Below are positions 9,080 through 18,572 of a DNA stretch of 41,779 nt, piece by piece. This DNA is from a bacterium (GTDB taxonomy: Bacteria > Arandabacterota > Arandabacteria > Arandabacterales > JALGWA01). A program made the position numbers and the translations under genes. The notes under the pieces were generated by a model, which was not told where the DNA came from, ran no database searches, and saw nothing but the letters and a program-made list of their open reading frames with translations. How positions within the stretch are numbered: the first letter of the stretch is position 1; each line of letters starts with the position of its first letter. The stretch spans positions 1 to 41,779 of the forward strand of contig JASFEA010000010.1 of NCBI GenBank assembly GCA_050125095.1. Direction: 5' to 3'.

Positions 9080-10404
9080 TGCATAGAGGTTTCTCATGCA
9101 TCATTCTATCTCTGGCCCGCAGGTTTCGTTCCTTGAGGCGCCGGGGGGAGACAGGGGGCGTCATGACGGATAAACCGCCCAGCGGCCCGGACAGGGTCGA
9201 GGTCGAGAACGCAATCACCAATTTCAAAGAGCTCATATCCAGGCTTTCCGGCAAGGGGGCTGAAATAGGTGAACTCTATCTGAGCGCCGAGCGAAAAGCG
9301 GCCAGATACGCGCTCCTCAGCGAGAATGTCATCGAGTCGGTCACCAGCGGGATCGTCGCTGTCGACGGACAGCATGAGATATGCCTGGCCAACTCCGCGG
9401 CCAAGCGAGCCCTCGGCTGTGACGAGAACATCGACCTGGCGGGCAGGCAGCTCAATTCGCTTTTCGAGGAACATAAGCAGCTGGAAGCGCTTGTCAGCCA
9501 GGGATTCCGGTCCCGAAGGAATTCGTCCAGGAAGGTCGTCAATGTGACGCTGCACGGTGGCCGGTCCCTCTGTCTGGGCGTGAGCACGTCCTGCGTGACC
9601 TACGGTGAGCGCGAGCCCGAGGCCGTGATCATCGTGTTTACCCAGCTCGACAGGGACGCGACCGGGATTATAAGCGGCCAGGGCGCCGGGGCAAACGCCG
9701 CGGCGGAGGCCTATAGAAAGGGAATGCTGGACGCATATGGAATAGTCTCCGAGATATACACCGATCTGGACGGCCTCAGGGCCGAGATAGAAAAAGGCGA
9801 ATCCGACGTTAAGAGGCTGGCCGGGATTGCGGGACGGGTGGAGTTTGCGTGCGATCTCATGGTGTGCTTCGCCCTCTCCAAGGCGGCATCAGGGGTAATG
9901 ACGGAGCTCGTCGACCTCAACGGCGCGATAAGGAAGATCATGGACACGGCCGATCTCTCCGGCCGGAGGATTGTGGCGCGCCTGGCGCCCGGCCTTCCCC
10001 GTGTGCCGACTCTTAGACGCGTGCTGGACGAGGGTCTCGATATGCTACTCAAGGGCTGCCTGGCCGAAAGCGCGAACGGCATCGAGGTCGTGACGCGCCT
10101 TGAGGGGCCGGAAGGCAATCCCGCCGTGAATCTCACCGTGTCGGAGCTGAGCCCCACCCTGCCCGTCGTCGAGGTCAGGAATCAGCCCATGGGTTTCCTG
10201 GAGGGTCCGGGGCGCAGGCGGGAAATAGGCCTGATGCTGCTGAAGTCGTTGCCGCACAGGAGCCATGCCGTGGCCGTCAATCGCAGGGACGAAAATTATG
10301 TCTATAGTGTCAGTTTTCTGATGCCGAAGTTAAAGCAGGCGGAGAAAGAAAGTACCAGTGGAAGAAATACAGACAGCGATTCGATTAATGGCGAGTCAGG
10401 TTAG
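9079..10404 (+). CDS. Coiled-coil plus PAS protein with degenerate histidine-kinase-like C-terminus (alternative start ATG 9163)
   Basis: PAS-like ENVIESVTSGIVAVD..NSAAKRALG..LGVSTS..IIVFTQL, parallel to the PilS PAS; no H, N, D or G boxes. Confidence 0.7.
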   Translation: MHRGFSCIILSLARRFRSLRRRGETGGVMTDKPPSGPDRVEVENAITNFKELISRLSGKGAEIGELYLSAERKAARYALLSENVIESVTSGIVAVDGQHEICLANSAAKRALGCDENIDLAGRQLNSLFEEHKQLEALVSQGFRSRRNSSRKVVNVTLHGGRSLCLGVSTSCVTYGEREPEAVIIVFTQLDRDATGIISGQGAGANAAAEAYRKGMLDAYGIVSEIYTDLDGLRAEIEKGESDVKRLAGIAGRVEFACDLMVCFALSKAASGVMTELVDLNGAIRKIMDTADLSGRRIVARLAPGLPRVPTLRRVLDEGLDMLLKGCLAESANGIEVVTRLEGPEGNPAVNLTVSELSPTLPVVEVRNQPMGFLEGPGRRREIGLMLLKSLPHRSHAVAVNRRDENYVYSVSFLMPKLKQAEKESTSGRNTDSDSINGESG

Positions 10405-10414
10405 CGAGCGTCAA

Positions 10415-10440
10415 TTGCAATGTGACGTTTGCAATTTGAC
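10415..10440 (+). promoter_or_regulatory. Candidate enhancer (UAS) for the pilM promoter
   Basis: Direct repeats TTGCAATGTGAC (10415) and TTGCAATTTGAC (10429), 14-bp period, 75-100 bp upstream of the sigma54 box. Confidence 0.5.
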
Positions 10441-10514
10441 TCTCGGGTGATATGGGAGCGCGAACCTCGAAGTAGAAAATGGCGATTTTTCATGGGATTT
10501 TGCACGAGTTTCAC

Positions 10515-10530
10515 TGGCACAGATGTTGCA
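10515..10530 (+). promoter_or_regulatory. Sigma54 -24/-12 promoter of the pilMNOPQ operon
   Basis: TGGCACAGATGTTGCA, perfect TGGCAC-N5-TTGCA consensus, 61 nt before the pilM ATG. Confidence 0.88.
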
Positions 10531-10591
10531 GTTGTGGTGGAACTTGCGCGCCGGTGGGAGTGACATTCCGGCTGCTAAAGGGGTGCATAAG

Positions 10592-11638
10592 ATGCCGCTA
10601 ATCTCTAAGAAGCAGAAAACCAGCATCGGTGTCGACGTAGGTAGCTACGCGGTCAAGATCGTGGAGATGAAATCCGGTACCACGAGGAATGAGGTCATCA
10701 GTGTGGGGACCAAGAGGCTCCTGCCCGGCGCGATCGTGGACGGAGAGCCCATGGACCGCGATGCCGTTATCGCGGCGATTACCGAGATCTATGAAGAGAA
10801 GGGTATTGAGAGCATTGAAGTCGCGAGTGCGATCTGCGGCCGGTCGGTGATCATAAAGAAGATCAAGATCGAGGAGATGGACGACGATACGGCCCGGGAG
10901 GTAATTCCGCTCGAGGCCGAGCAGTACGTTCCCTTCGAGAAGGCGGAGCTCTCAGTCGACTTCCAGGTACTCAGGCGCGGCCTCTCCGGCGGCCAGATGG
11001 AAGTGTTGCTGGTCGCAGCCAAGAGAGACAAGGTGCTTTCCCATGTCGATCTCTTGAGGGACGCCGGCCTTGTGCCGGTGACGATCGACGTGGACGCCTT
11101 CGCAGTGCAGAACGCATTCGAAATCAACTATGAATACGAGGACGGCAAAGTATACGCACTTATAGATATCGGGCTCGGTGCGACGAATGTCGGAATAGTA
11201 AGAGAAGGATTGCCCCTCTTCAACAGAGACATCCCCATCGGGGGCGAAACCTACGTCGAGGGAATGCAGAGAATGCTGGGAGTGACCTCTGAGGAGGCCC
11301 GGTCGGCCCTGGAGGGCCTGCAGGGCGGCCAGTCCGATGAGATTCTCAAGGCCATTCACTCGGTAAGCGACGAACTCGGGATGGCGATCGAGAGGTCGTT
11401 CTCATACCTGAGTTCATCCGGTGAGGCCACATCTGTTGATCAGATCTACCTGAGCGGCGGCGGAGCGCAAATCCCGGGCCTTAAGAAGTACCTCGAGGAG
11501 AAGCTGTCCACGCCCGTCGACGTCGCCAATCCGCTTCAGAACCTGGCTGTTGATGCAGACGCAGTGGGCGCGGAGCAAGTCGCCGTCGGGCCGTCTCTGA
11601 TGGTGGCAATCGGGCTCGCGACGAGAAAAGGGAGCTAG
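10592..11638 (+). CDS. pilM: Type IV pilus assembly protein PilM (actin-like)
   Basis: IGVDVGSYAVKIVE, EAEQYVPF, LLVAAK, IDVDAFA, IDIGLGATN, YLSGGGA, NPL, AIGLA; ATG 10592 chosen because 10523 lies inside the promoter. Confidence 0.93.
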   Translation: MPLISKKQKTSIGVDVGSYAVKIVEMKSGTTRNEVISVGTKRLLPGAIVDGEPMDRDAVIAAITEIYEEKGIESIEVASAICGRSVIIKKIKIEEMDDDTAREVIPLEAEQYVPFEKAELSVDFQVLRRGLSGGQMEVLLVAAKRDKVLSHVDLLRDAGLVPVTIDVDAFAVQNAFEINYEYEDGKVYALIDIGLGATNVGIVREGLPLFNRDIPIGGETYVEGMQRMLGVTSEEARSALEGLQGGQSDEILKAIHSVSDELGMAIERSFSYLSSSGEATSVDQIYLSGGGAQIPGLKKYLEEKLSTPVDVANPLQNLAVDADAVGAEQVAVGPSLMVAIGLATRKGS

Positions 11639-11642
11639 CCTT

Positions 11643-12227
11643 ATGATACGAATCAACCTGCTGCCCAAGGAAGAGAAGCCGTCAAAGGAGGCAATGACCT
11701 GGAACAGCATCTTCATCTGGTCTTTGATTGCCGCCGGCATCGTGATCGTCGCAGGGGTGGGCTTCCACATATTCCATCGCTACGAGATCGACGCCATGAA
11801 AGCGGAAATCACGACGATGAAAGCGGAGCAGGATCAGTTCCGGAGCCAGGCGGCTGTCGTGAACGACCTCACGGAGAAGCGCAAGCTCATTGCCGAGCGC
11901 CTTGACGTCATCGAGACACTCGACAGGAACAGGTCGGCAAGAGTCAGGTTACTCGACGAAATCGCGAGAAGCGTACCCGAGTACGTCTGGCTGACTTCCC
12001 TTGAGGAGACCGGAGGCATATTGACGGTAAAGGGCATCGCCTTCTCCAACCTGGCTATTTCGCAATTCATGAACCTTCTGGAAGAAAAAGACCACATCGC
12101 TCTGGTGGATCTAAGGGTTATCAGAAGAGACGAAATCGACGGCCAGCCAGTGCTGACGTTTGAGTTGGCCTGCGGCCTAAGCATCTCCAGTGCCAGAGGC
12201 ACTTCAGAGGAGGTGACCGAAAGCTAA
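11643..12227 (+). CDS. pilN: PilN
   Basis: MIRINLLP motif, TM, coiled coil, PEYVWLTSL, G.AFSN. Confidence 0.92.
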   Translation: MIRINLLPKEEKPSKEAMTWNSIFIWSLIAAGIVIVAGVGFHIFHRYEIDAMKAEITTMKAEQDQFRSQAAVVNDLTEKRKLIAERLDVIETLDRNRSARVRLLDEIARSVPEYVWLTSLEETGGILTVKGIAFSNLAISQFMNLLEEKDHIALVDLRVIRRDEIDGQPVLTFELACGLSISSARGTSEEVTES

Positions 12228-12844
12228 TGAACTTGAGAGATCCTCACGTACAAAAGGGCCTTGCGGGCATTATCCTCGTAATTGCGCTGGTCTGGCTCAT
12301 CTTCCTGAGCGAATACCTGCCGATCTGCTACAAGGTGGACGCGCAGAAACTCGGGACAGTCCAGACGGAGCTCCAGCAGGTCGCCGCTGAACTCCAGCGG
12401 CTGCGCGCAGCGGCGGCGAATCTGCCCCGCCTGGAGAGGGAGCTGGCTGAGATGCGGGCTAGATGGGACGCCCTCAGCGGGCTGCTGCCGCTTGAAAGCG
12501 AAATGGCGGCTCTCCTCAGCGAAGTCACCACCGCCGGTATGCGTGCCGGGGTGCAGTTCGTGCATTTCGAACCACAGCCCCCGCAGCAGATGGACCTCTT
12601 CCAGGAGCATCCTGTGAGACTGGCGGTGACCGGCGGATACCATCAGGTGGGCGTCTTCTTTGACAATCTGTGCAACCTTTCGAGGATCGTGGATATCTCG
12701 GATATCACTTTCCTTGAGCTGACCGAAGCGGAAGAGGGGACCGTTGAGGCAAGAGCTACGGTTTCCGCATATACATTCAGCAGACAGCCGCAGGTCCCCG
12801 GTGAGGGCCAGCAGGCGGCCAATCAGAAGCAAAAAGGGAAATGA
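12227..12844 (+). CDS. pilO: PilO
   Basis: TM, coiled coil, LLPLESEMAALL, GGYHQVGVFFDNL..LSRIV. Confidence 0.9.
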   Translation: MNLRDPHVQKGLAGIILVIALVWLIFLSEYLPICYKVDAQKLGTVQTELQQVAAELQRLRAAAANLPRLERELAEMRARWDALSGLLPLESEMAALLSEVTTAGMRAGVQFVHFEPQPPQQMDLFQEHPVRLAVTGGYHQVGVFFDNLCNLSRIVDISDITFLELTEAEEGTVEARATVSAYTFSRQPQVPGEGQQAANQKQKGK

Positions 12845-12859
12845 TGAGGTAAACGCGTT

Positions 12860-13633
12860 ATGGAAGAAACCTCAACTCTTCGGAAGTACGTCAGAAACAA
12901 GAAGATCTTCATTCCGGCATTCATCGGGATGGTCCTGCTCTTCTTCGCTCTGATCGGGATCACGGGCGACAAGATCTTCGCCCTGGCTGTCAATGAGATG
13001 GCCGGCTACCTCGTCGACAACGACTCCTTCGGGGACGTCGAGTTTGCCATTGACGACGAGGAATGGGAGGGCGAAGGAACGCTGCAGGTCTCGGTATCGC
13101 CCGGGGTGTTCGATGAGGAAAAATGGGCGAGCAACGAGCCACCGGTCGAGCTGGCACTCGTGACGCCGGAGGGCGAAGTCAAGAAGGGCGAGGAGCTCCT
13201 GGAGGAGATCACGCGGATGGCTCAGGCCGATGCTGCGGGCGAGACCGGAGAAGTCCAGCCGCTTGAGGCGCCCGAGGCGGGCGTGTCCCCGGACGCGGAG
13301 CCGGAGGAGCAGCATGAGATCGTAAGGGGGCGCCTGAACGCGTACACGGCATCATACCTCAGGGACCCGTTCTACTCGCTGATCAGAGCTGACAGGGACC
13401 TGCCCAATAAGCTTCTGGATATCTCGCGTGGCAGGATGGTCGGGTCGGTATGGGGCGAGAAGTCCATCATCGCGCTGCTTGAAGACGACGCCGGAAGGAG
13501 CTATGCCCTGAAGGCTGGCGATAAGATCGTAAATGGCAAGGTCGTGTCGGTATCTCCGGCATCTGTAACATTCTCGGTCACAGTCTTCGGTTTGACGAAG
13601 AACGTAACTTTGGAACTAGCAGAAGAGGGTTAA
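12860..13633 (+). CDS. PilP-like protein with TM anchor and long acidic linker
   Basis: RDPF motif followed by beta-rich domain VGSVWG..IALLED..GRSYALKAGD..GKVVSV; sits between pilO and pilQ; no lipobox Cys. Confidence 0.75.
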   Translation: MEETSTLRKYVRNKKIFIPAFIGMVLLFFALIGITGDKIFALAVNEMAGYLVDNDSFGDVEFAIDDEEWEGEGTLQVSVSPGVFDEEKWASNEPPVELALVTPEGEVKKGEELLEEITRMAQADAAGETGEVQPLEAPEAGVSPDAEPEEQHEIVRGRLNAYTASYLRDPFYSLIRADRDLPNKLLDISRGRMVGSVWGEKSIIALLEDDAGRSYALKAGDKIVNGKVVSVSPASVTFSVTVFGLTKNVTLELAEEG

Positions 13634-14931
13634 TGGTGATGCCTAAGCTCAAGATCTCCAAGTATGCATGGATCGTGTTGCTGCTGTCGGTAGCCGTATT
13701 CGGAACGGGAGTCTGCCTGTCCGATCTACCGGCATCGCAGCCGATCTCAATGGATTTCCAGAACGCTGACATCAGGACAGTGCTTCGAAGCTTCTCCGTT
13801 TATTCCGGCAGGAACATCATTGCCAGTCCGGAGGTGGAGGGAGAGGTCACCATTTTTCTCGAAGACGTTCCATGGAGGACTGCGCTCAATCTCGTGCTGA
13901 GGGCCAACGGCTACGGGGCAAAGGAAGAAGAGGGCGTGATCCGGGTCGACCTCTGGGACCAGTTCCTCGAAGAGGACATCAAGATGGGAGAGGCCGTCAA
14001 GAGACGTGAGGGCCTCCTGCCTCTTGAGACCCAGGTGGTGGACGTGAGTTTCGCCCGGGCCAATGAGGTCGTTATGCCCCTTTCCAGCTTCCTGACGAGC
14101 AGGGGTGTTCTGGAGGTCGATGAGAGGACCAACTCCATCATCATCTCCGATATCGCCGAGAGGGTCGACGAGATCGTGGCGATGATTGAGCAGCTGGACA
14201 GCGAGACTCCTCAGGTCGAGATAAACGCCAAGCTCGTTGACGTTGACTCCAGGACATTGAGAGACCTCGGTATCAACTGGACCCTGGAGAACGCCAAGAT
14301 AACAGGCGTGGACGGCCAGATAGACGCGGAGGTCGATGCCACGGGGTCCATTTCGGAGGGCGGGGTCGAATCACCGATCTCCCAGCCCACGGCCGAGCTC
14401 TCGGTGGGCATTCTGGGGCCCTATGGCGAGTTCAACGCCACCATCTCGGCGCTTGAGACGGAGAACCTGGCAAACATAATCTCCAACCCGACTATTACCA
14501 CTCTGAATAACCGCGAAGCGACGATAATCGTCGGCAAGAAGATCCCGCTCATCGTGCAGGACGAAGCGGGTAACCCGATCACCCAGCTGACGACCGTCGG
14601 CATACAGATGAGGGTGAAGCCCCAGGTTAACAGCCAGACGGGCGAGATCACCATGGACCTGCATCCGGAAGTCAGCGACCTGTCGTCTCAGGCTACGGTG
14701 CAGGGCGGGATCATTATTGTGACCTCCGAAGCCGACACCAGGGTGATGGTGCAGGACGGCCAGACGGCGGTGATCGGCGGTCTGATAAGACAAAACGAAG
14801 GCTATTATGATTCGGGAGTCCCGGTCTTAAGAGACATTCCCCTGCTCGGCAAGCTGTTCGGCTCTACCAGCAAGGTCGATGATAAGCGGGAACTCGTAAT
14901 CTTCGTAACGCCAAGAGTAGTCGACTTTTAG
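13633..14931 (+). CDS. pilQ: Secretin PilQ, compact form (STN/N0, N3, secretin)
   Basis: ISMDFQNADIRTVLR, DVPWRTAL, VDERTNSIII, LDSETPQVEINAKLV, GQTAVIGGLI, VPVLRDIPLLGKLF, ELVIFVTPRV. Confidence 0.92.
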   Translation: MVMPKLKISKYAWIVLLLSVAVFGTGVCLSDLPASQPISMDFQNADIRTVLRSFSVYSGRNIIASPEVEGEVTIFLEDVPWRTALNLVLRANGYGAKEEEGVIRVDLWDQFLEEDIKMGEAVKRREGLLPLETQVVDVSFARANEVVMPLSSFLTSRGVLEVDERTNSIIISDIAERVDEIVAMIEQLDSETPQVEINAKLVDVDSRTLRDLGINWTLENAKITGVDGQIDAEVDATGSISEGGVESPISQPTAELSVGILGPYGEFNATISALETENLANIISNPTITTLNNREATIIVGKKIPLIVQDEAGNPITQLTTVGIQMRVKPQVNSQTGEITMDLHPEVSDLSSQATVQGGIIIVTSEADTRVMVQDGQTAVIGGLIRQNEGYYDSGVPVLRDIPLLGKLFGSTSKVDDKRELVIFVTPRVVDF

Positions 14932-14950
14932 GTGACTGGGGGTATATCAG

Positions 14951-17749
14951 ATGATTGAAGACAAGAGGAAGGTGCTGGCAGCTGTAGTTGCCCTGGCGGC
15001 TTGCCTGCTGCTGATGTGTTCCGAGAAGGACGGGTCGCTCAGTCCCGATCTCGAGACTGACCCGCCCCAGTATCTTATCGAGTACGTGACCCCGTCGCCT
15101 GCCAAGGTGGAACCCAACGGCCTGGGTACTGTCAGCGCCAGGGTAGTTGACAGGGACTATGCGCCGGTTCAGGGCAAGACGGTTGAATTCGAGGCCAGCG
15201 GCGGCTCGGTGGACGCCGAGGTCACAACGGGCTCCGACGGGATTGCCACCGCGGACTACACCGCCCCTTCGACCCCGGGCTACATGGAGATCAGCGCCCG
15301 GACATCGGGGGCGGTAAGCAAGTCGACGATGGTCCAGGTCGGCGAGGGCGCGCTCGAATTCGGTTCGGCGGCTCTTTACGCCGACGGCATCTCATGGGGT
15401 ACTCTCACGCTGACGCTTACAGATGAAGACGACGAGCCCATCGAGGGAGCGGCCGTTTCCTTCAGTATCGACCACGGCTACATCGCCGATGCCGATAATA
15501 AGACGGACGCGTTCGGCCAGGCCGAAGCCAAGATCGTCAGCGCTGTGAGCGAGACCGACCTCGCCGCGACGGTGGAGGCACAGATCTCTTACGGCGGGAA
15601 CACCTACTCCGAGATAGCCATGATCTCGATGCTCGGAGTCACGCTGGATGTCGACGCCGATCCCAAGGAGAATCCCGCGGACGGCATCTCCGCATCCGCG
15701 GTGTCGGCGTCCCTCAAACTCACTTCGTCAGGGACTCCGCTCGCCGGCTTCGAGGTGTTCTTCGGAACCAACCTTGGAGCGATCGGCGCGTCCGCTTACA
15801 CGAACACCGGCGGCACGGCCACCTCGGTGCTGATAAGCCCGACCACATCCGGCACCGCCGACGTGGTGGCCAGATACGGCGGGCATGAAGACACGGTGCA
15901 GGTTACGTTCGGTGAGCTGGATCTCAGGCTTACGCCGAGCCTAACACGTATGGTCGCCGACGGGGTAACCTACCAGGCCGTTTACGCCACTCTCCTTACC
16001 GAGGACAACAATCCGGTTGTGGGCGCCACGATCAACTTCTCAACCACCAGCGGCGTCATCACGCGCAGCTCCATGACGAATATGTGGGGCGACGCGGTAG
16101 CCTTCCTTACGAGCTCCGCGAGCCCGGCGACCGCTACGGTGACGGCGACCTTCGAAAACGTCTCGGACGACGCCCAGGTATCGTTTGAGAATCCCGTGAT
16201 TATCCTCACGGCCACGCCGCTTTCGGTCGTGGCGGATCCGAGCATGTTTACGACCATATCCGCTTATGTATCATTCTCCGACGGCATGCCCGTACCGGAC
16301 AGCACCTTCGTGGCCTTCCAGACCACCGAGGGTACAATAGCTCCCTACGAGTTCACGCAGTCGGGGATTGTCTATACCAATCTGGTGCCCTCCGGCGTAG
16401 CGTCCGACGACGTGACCGTGACGGCCTACAGCGGTTCCACGATGGAGACGACGGATGTCATCTTCATGCCGGGCGTGCCCACCTTCGTGCACGTCACCGC
16501 CACGCCGACCGCCATACCCGGCGACGGTAATGCGTACGCTACAGTCATGGCGGAAATCACAGACGCCTATGGCAACCACGTCAAGGACGGGACGGGGGTC
16601 AACTTCAGTCTCGTGAGCGGAAGCGGCATAATGCCGCCGAGCGCCGTTACCTCGTCGGGCACCGCGACGGTGAAGTTCCTGCCGGTTCAGGGACCGTATA
16701 CGGCAACCATAATGGCGGAGACCAACGCCTATTTCGACCTGACTTCATTGTCAATCACAGGCGGCTCGCCCGGGGCCATCGTTGCCATGGCGGACACGAG
16801 CTGGATTCAGGTGGCCGGCGCGTATGAGTCGTCGCAAGCTAACGTGATCGCCGCCGTCTATGACGGCTCCATGAATCCGGTTGAAGACGGCACGGAAGTC
16901 ACGTTTGAGATCACGCAGGCGCCTGGTGGCGGTGAGTTTATCGACCTTGAGACTTATGGTTATGGACCGGTCACAAAGAGCACAATCGCAGGCGCGGTTT
17001 CCGCGGTGGTAAACTCGGGCACCAAGCCAGGCACGGTTGTGCTGGAGATTTCCTCCGGCGACGCCCTCGCCACGGCCGTACCCATAGGCATTTCCTCCGG
17101 CGACCCCGATTCAATAATGGTCAGTGTGGGAGACGTTGTGAGGAACAGCGATGGAACATATACATATGCAGTCTCGGCCATCGTTCGAGACCGCTTCATG
17201 AACCCGGTTGAGAATGGGACTCCGGTGTACTTTACGCTCGACCGCACGGATGTCGGTATTATTGATCCTGAAACGCCTACGGGCGGGATTTATCCGTGCC
17301 TGCAGCACATTGCCCTGCCCACGAAGGGTGTAGCCAGGGCGTGCCTGCACTACCAGACATACGGCATCTTCGAGGTCGTGACAATTACAGCCAGCTCAAT
17401 GGGTGGGGAGATCGAGGGTGAATTCACCAGAGGGCTTCCCATTGTGAGTCCGACGCTCTCGATTGAGGCGAGCCCGGCGACTCTGACCGGCGCAACGGGC
17501 GGCTCATCCCTGATCCAGGTCTGGGTCTGGGATTCGTTCATGTTGCCCGTCAATAATGCCTGGCTGACCTTCTCCGTTGACGGGGACGGCGAGGTGTTTC
17601 CGACAGAAGCGTCGACAGCCGAGGGGGGATTCCCGGCTATGACCACTCTGACTGTCGATCCGGGCGCGGAGGCCGGTACGATCACGGTAAAAGCCCATCT
17701 CTGGACAACCGACGTTCAGGCGGAAGTGTCCATAACGATAATCGAGTAA
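14951..17749 (+). CDS. Large exported (probable lipo)protein with about 9 Big_1 invasin/intimin-type Ig domains
   Basis: Signal KRKVLAAVVALAACLLLMC; about 90-100-aa repeats of ADG..T.T....D...PV.G..V.F....G......T...G.A; Thr/Ser/Ala/Gly rich. Confidence 0.82.
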   Translation: MIEDKRKVLAAVVALAACLLLMCSEKDGSLSPDLETDPPQYLIEYVTPSPAKVEPNGLGTVSARVVDRDYAPVQGKTVEFEASGGSVDAEVTTGSDGIATADYTAPSTPGYMEISARTSGAVSKSTMVQVGEGALEFGSAALYADGISWGTLTLTLTDEDDEPIEGAAVSFSIDHGYIADADNKTDAFGQAEAKIVSAVSETDLAATVEAQISYGGNTYSEIAMISMLGVTLDVDADPKENPADGISASAVSASLKLTSSGTPLAGFEVFFGTNLGAIGASAYTNTGGTATSVLISPTTSGTADVVARYGGHEDTVQVTFGELDLRLTPSLTRMVADGVTYQAVYATLLTEDNNPVVGATINFSTTSGVITRSSMTNMWGDAVAFLTSSASPATATVTATFENVSDDAQVSFENPVIILTATPLSVVADPSMFTTISAYVSFSDGMPVPDSTFVAFQTTEGTIAPYEFTQSGIVYTNLVPSGVASDDVTVTAYSGSTMETTDVIFMPGVPTFVHVTATPTAIPGDGNAYATVMAEITDAYGNHVKDGTGVNFSLVSGSGIMPPSAVTSSGTATVKFLPVQGPYTATIMAETNAYFDLTSLSITGGSPGAIVAMADTSWIQVAGAYESSQANVIAAVYDGSMNPVEDGTEVTFEITQAPGGGEFIDLETYGYGPVTKSTIAGAVSAVVNSGTKPGTVVLEISSGDALATAVPIGISSGDPDSIMVSVGDVVRNSDGTYTYAVSAIVRDRFMNPVENGTPVYFTLDRTDVGIIDPETPTGGIYPCLQHIALPTKGVARACLHYQTYGIFEVVTITASSMGGEIEGEFTRGLPIVSPTLSIEASPATLTGATGGSSLIQVWVWDSFMLPVNNAWLTFSVDGDGEVFPTEASTAEGGFPAMTTLTVDPGAEAGTITVKAHLWTTDVQAEVSITIIE

Positions 17750-17771
17750 CCGACAGGGGGTTTGAAAAATC

Positions 17772-18530
17772 ATGAAGGTCGCGCTGATTGCAGGTCTCGT
17801 GGCGGTGCTCCTGGTGCCGTCGATTGCCTGGTGCGCCCCGATGGGCAGCCCGGCCAACAATGCGGGAGAAGAGAACTACGCTGTCACGGCCGAGTACGAG
17901 ACGCAGAACAAGAAGATCGGGGACGAGAAGTCGAGCTCCTGGCGATGGCTGACGAGAATCGCCTGGGGTCCCACTGACAACCTGGATCTCTACGCAAGGA
18001 TCGGTGCGGCCAACTTGAAGGTCGACGCCATGAGCGGCGGGACTTTCAACGGCGACGCCGGGGCTGCCTACGGGCTCGGCCTGCGCTACGCCAGGATGGT
18101 GAACACCGAGCACAATCTGCTCTTCTTCGGCGATTTCCAGTACCTTGGCTTCACGTCCAAGGGCGAGATGAGAGTCGACAAGTACGATGACTTCAGCGGC
18201 TCGTACACTGAGATCTGGTCGAACAAGTACTGGTGGGGCGAGTACCAGCTGAGCTTCATGATGTCCTGGCACCGCTCAATATGGATTCCCTACGCAGGTC
18301 TGGGATTGACCTGGATCGACGGCAAGGTTGACAGGGTCCGTCACGTCGATACCGGCGGCGACCCGTATTTCGCCGACAGGGGAACCGACGAGTTCAGCGA
18401 GGGAGTGATACCCGAATTCGTGTTCGGCATGGACTTCCCCCTCAAGGGAACGGCCAGGTTCTCCTGGGAACTCAGGTACGGGGGCGACGATCTCTCCTAC
18501 TTCATGGGACTGAGCGAGCTCTGGCAGTAA
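17772..18530 (+). CDS. Predicted outer-membrane beta-barrel protein
   Basis: SPI-type signal peptide; alternating amphipathic aromatic strands (LDLYARIG, YGLGLRY, FGDFQYL, IPYAGLGLTW, FVFGMDF, FSWELRY). Confidence 0.7.
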   Translation: MKVALIAGLVAVLLVPSIAWCAPMGSPANNAGEENYAVTAEYETQNKKIGDEKSSSWRWLTRIAWGPTDNLDLYARIGAANLKVDAMSGGTFNGDAGAAYGLGLRYARMVNTEHNLLFFGDFQYLGFTSKGEMRVDKYDDFSGSYTEIWSNKYWWGEYQLSFMMSWHRSIWIPYAGLGLTWIDGKVDRVRHVDTGGDPYFADRGTDEFSEGVIPEFVFGMDFPLKGTARFSWELRYGGDDLSYFMGLSELWQ

Positions 18531-18542
18531 CAGTCGAATAGG

Positions 18543-18572
18543 TTGACACAATCCGCGCTTTATTATTACAAT
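18543..18572 (+). promoter_or_regulatory. Sigma70-type promoter for the rsmD-coaD operon
   Basis: TTGACA-N18-TACAAT. Confidence 0.65.

Noticed and set aside
10523-10591. Longer pilM start (likewise 28462 for hldA and 23062 for dprA)
   Set aside because: These starts overlap promoter elements or lack an SD; the downstream ATGs have an SD and match family N-termini
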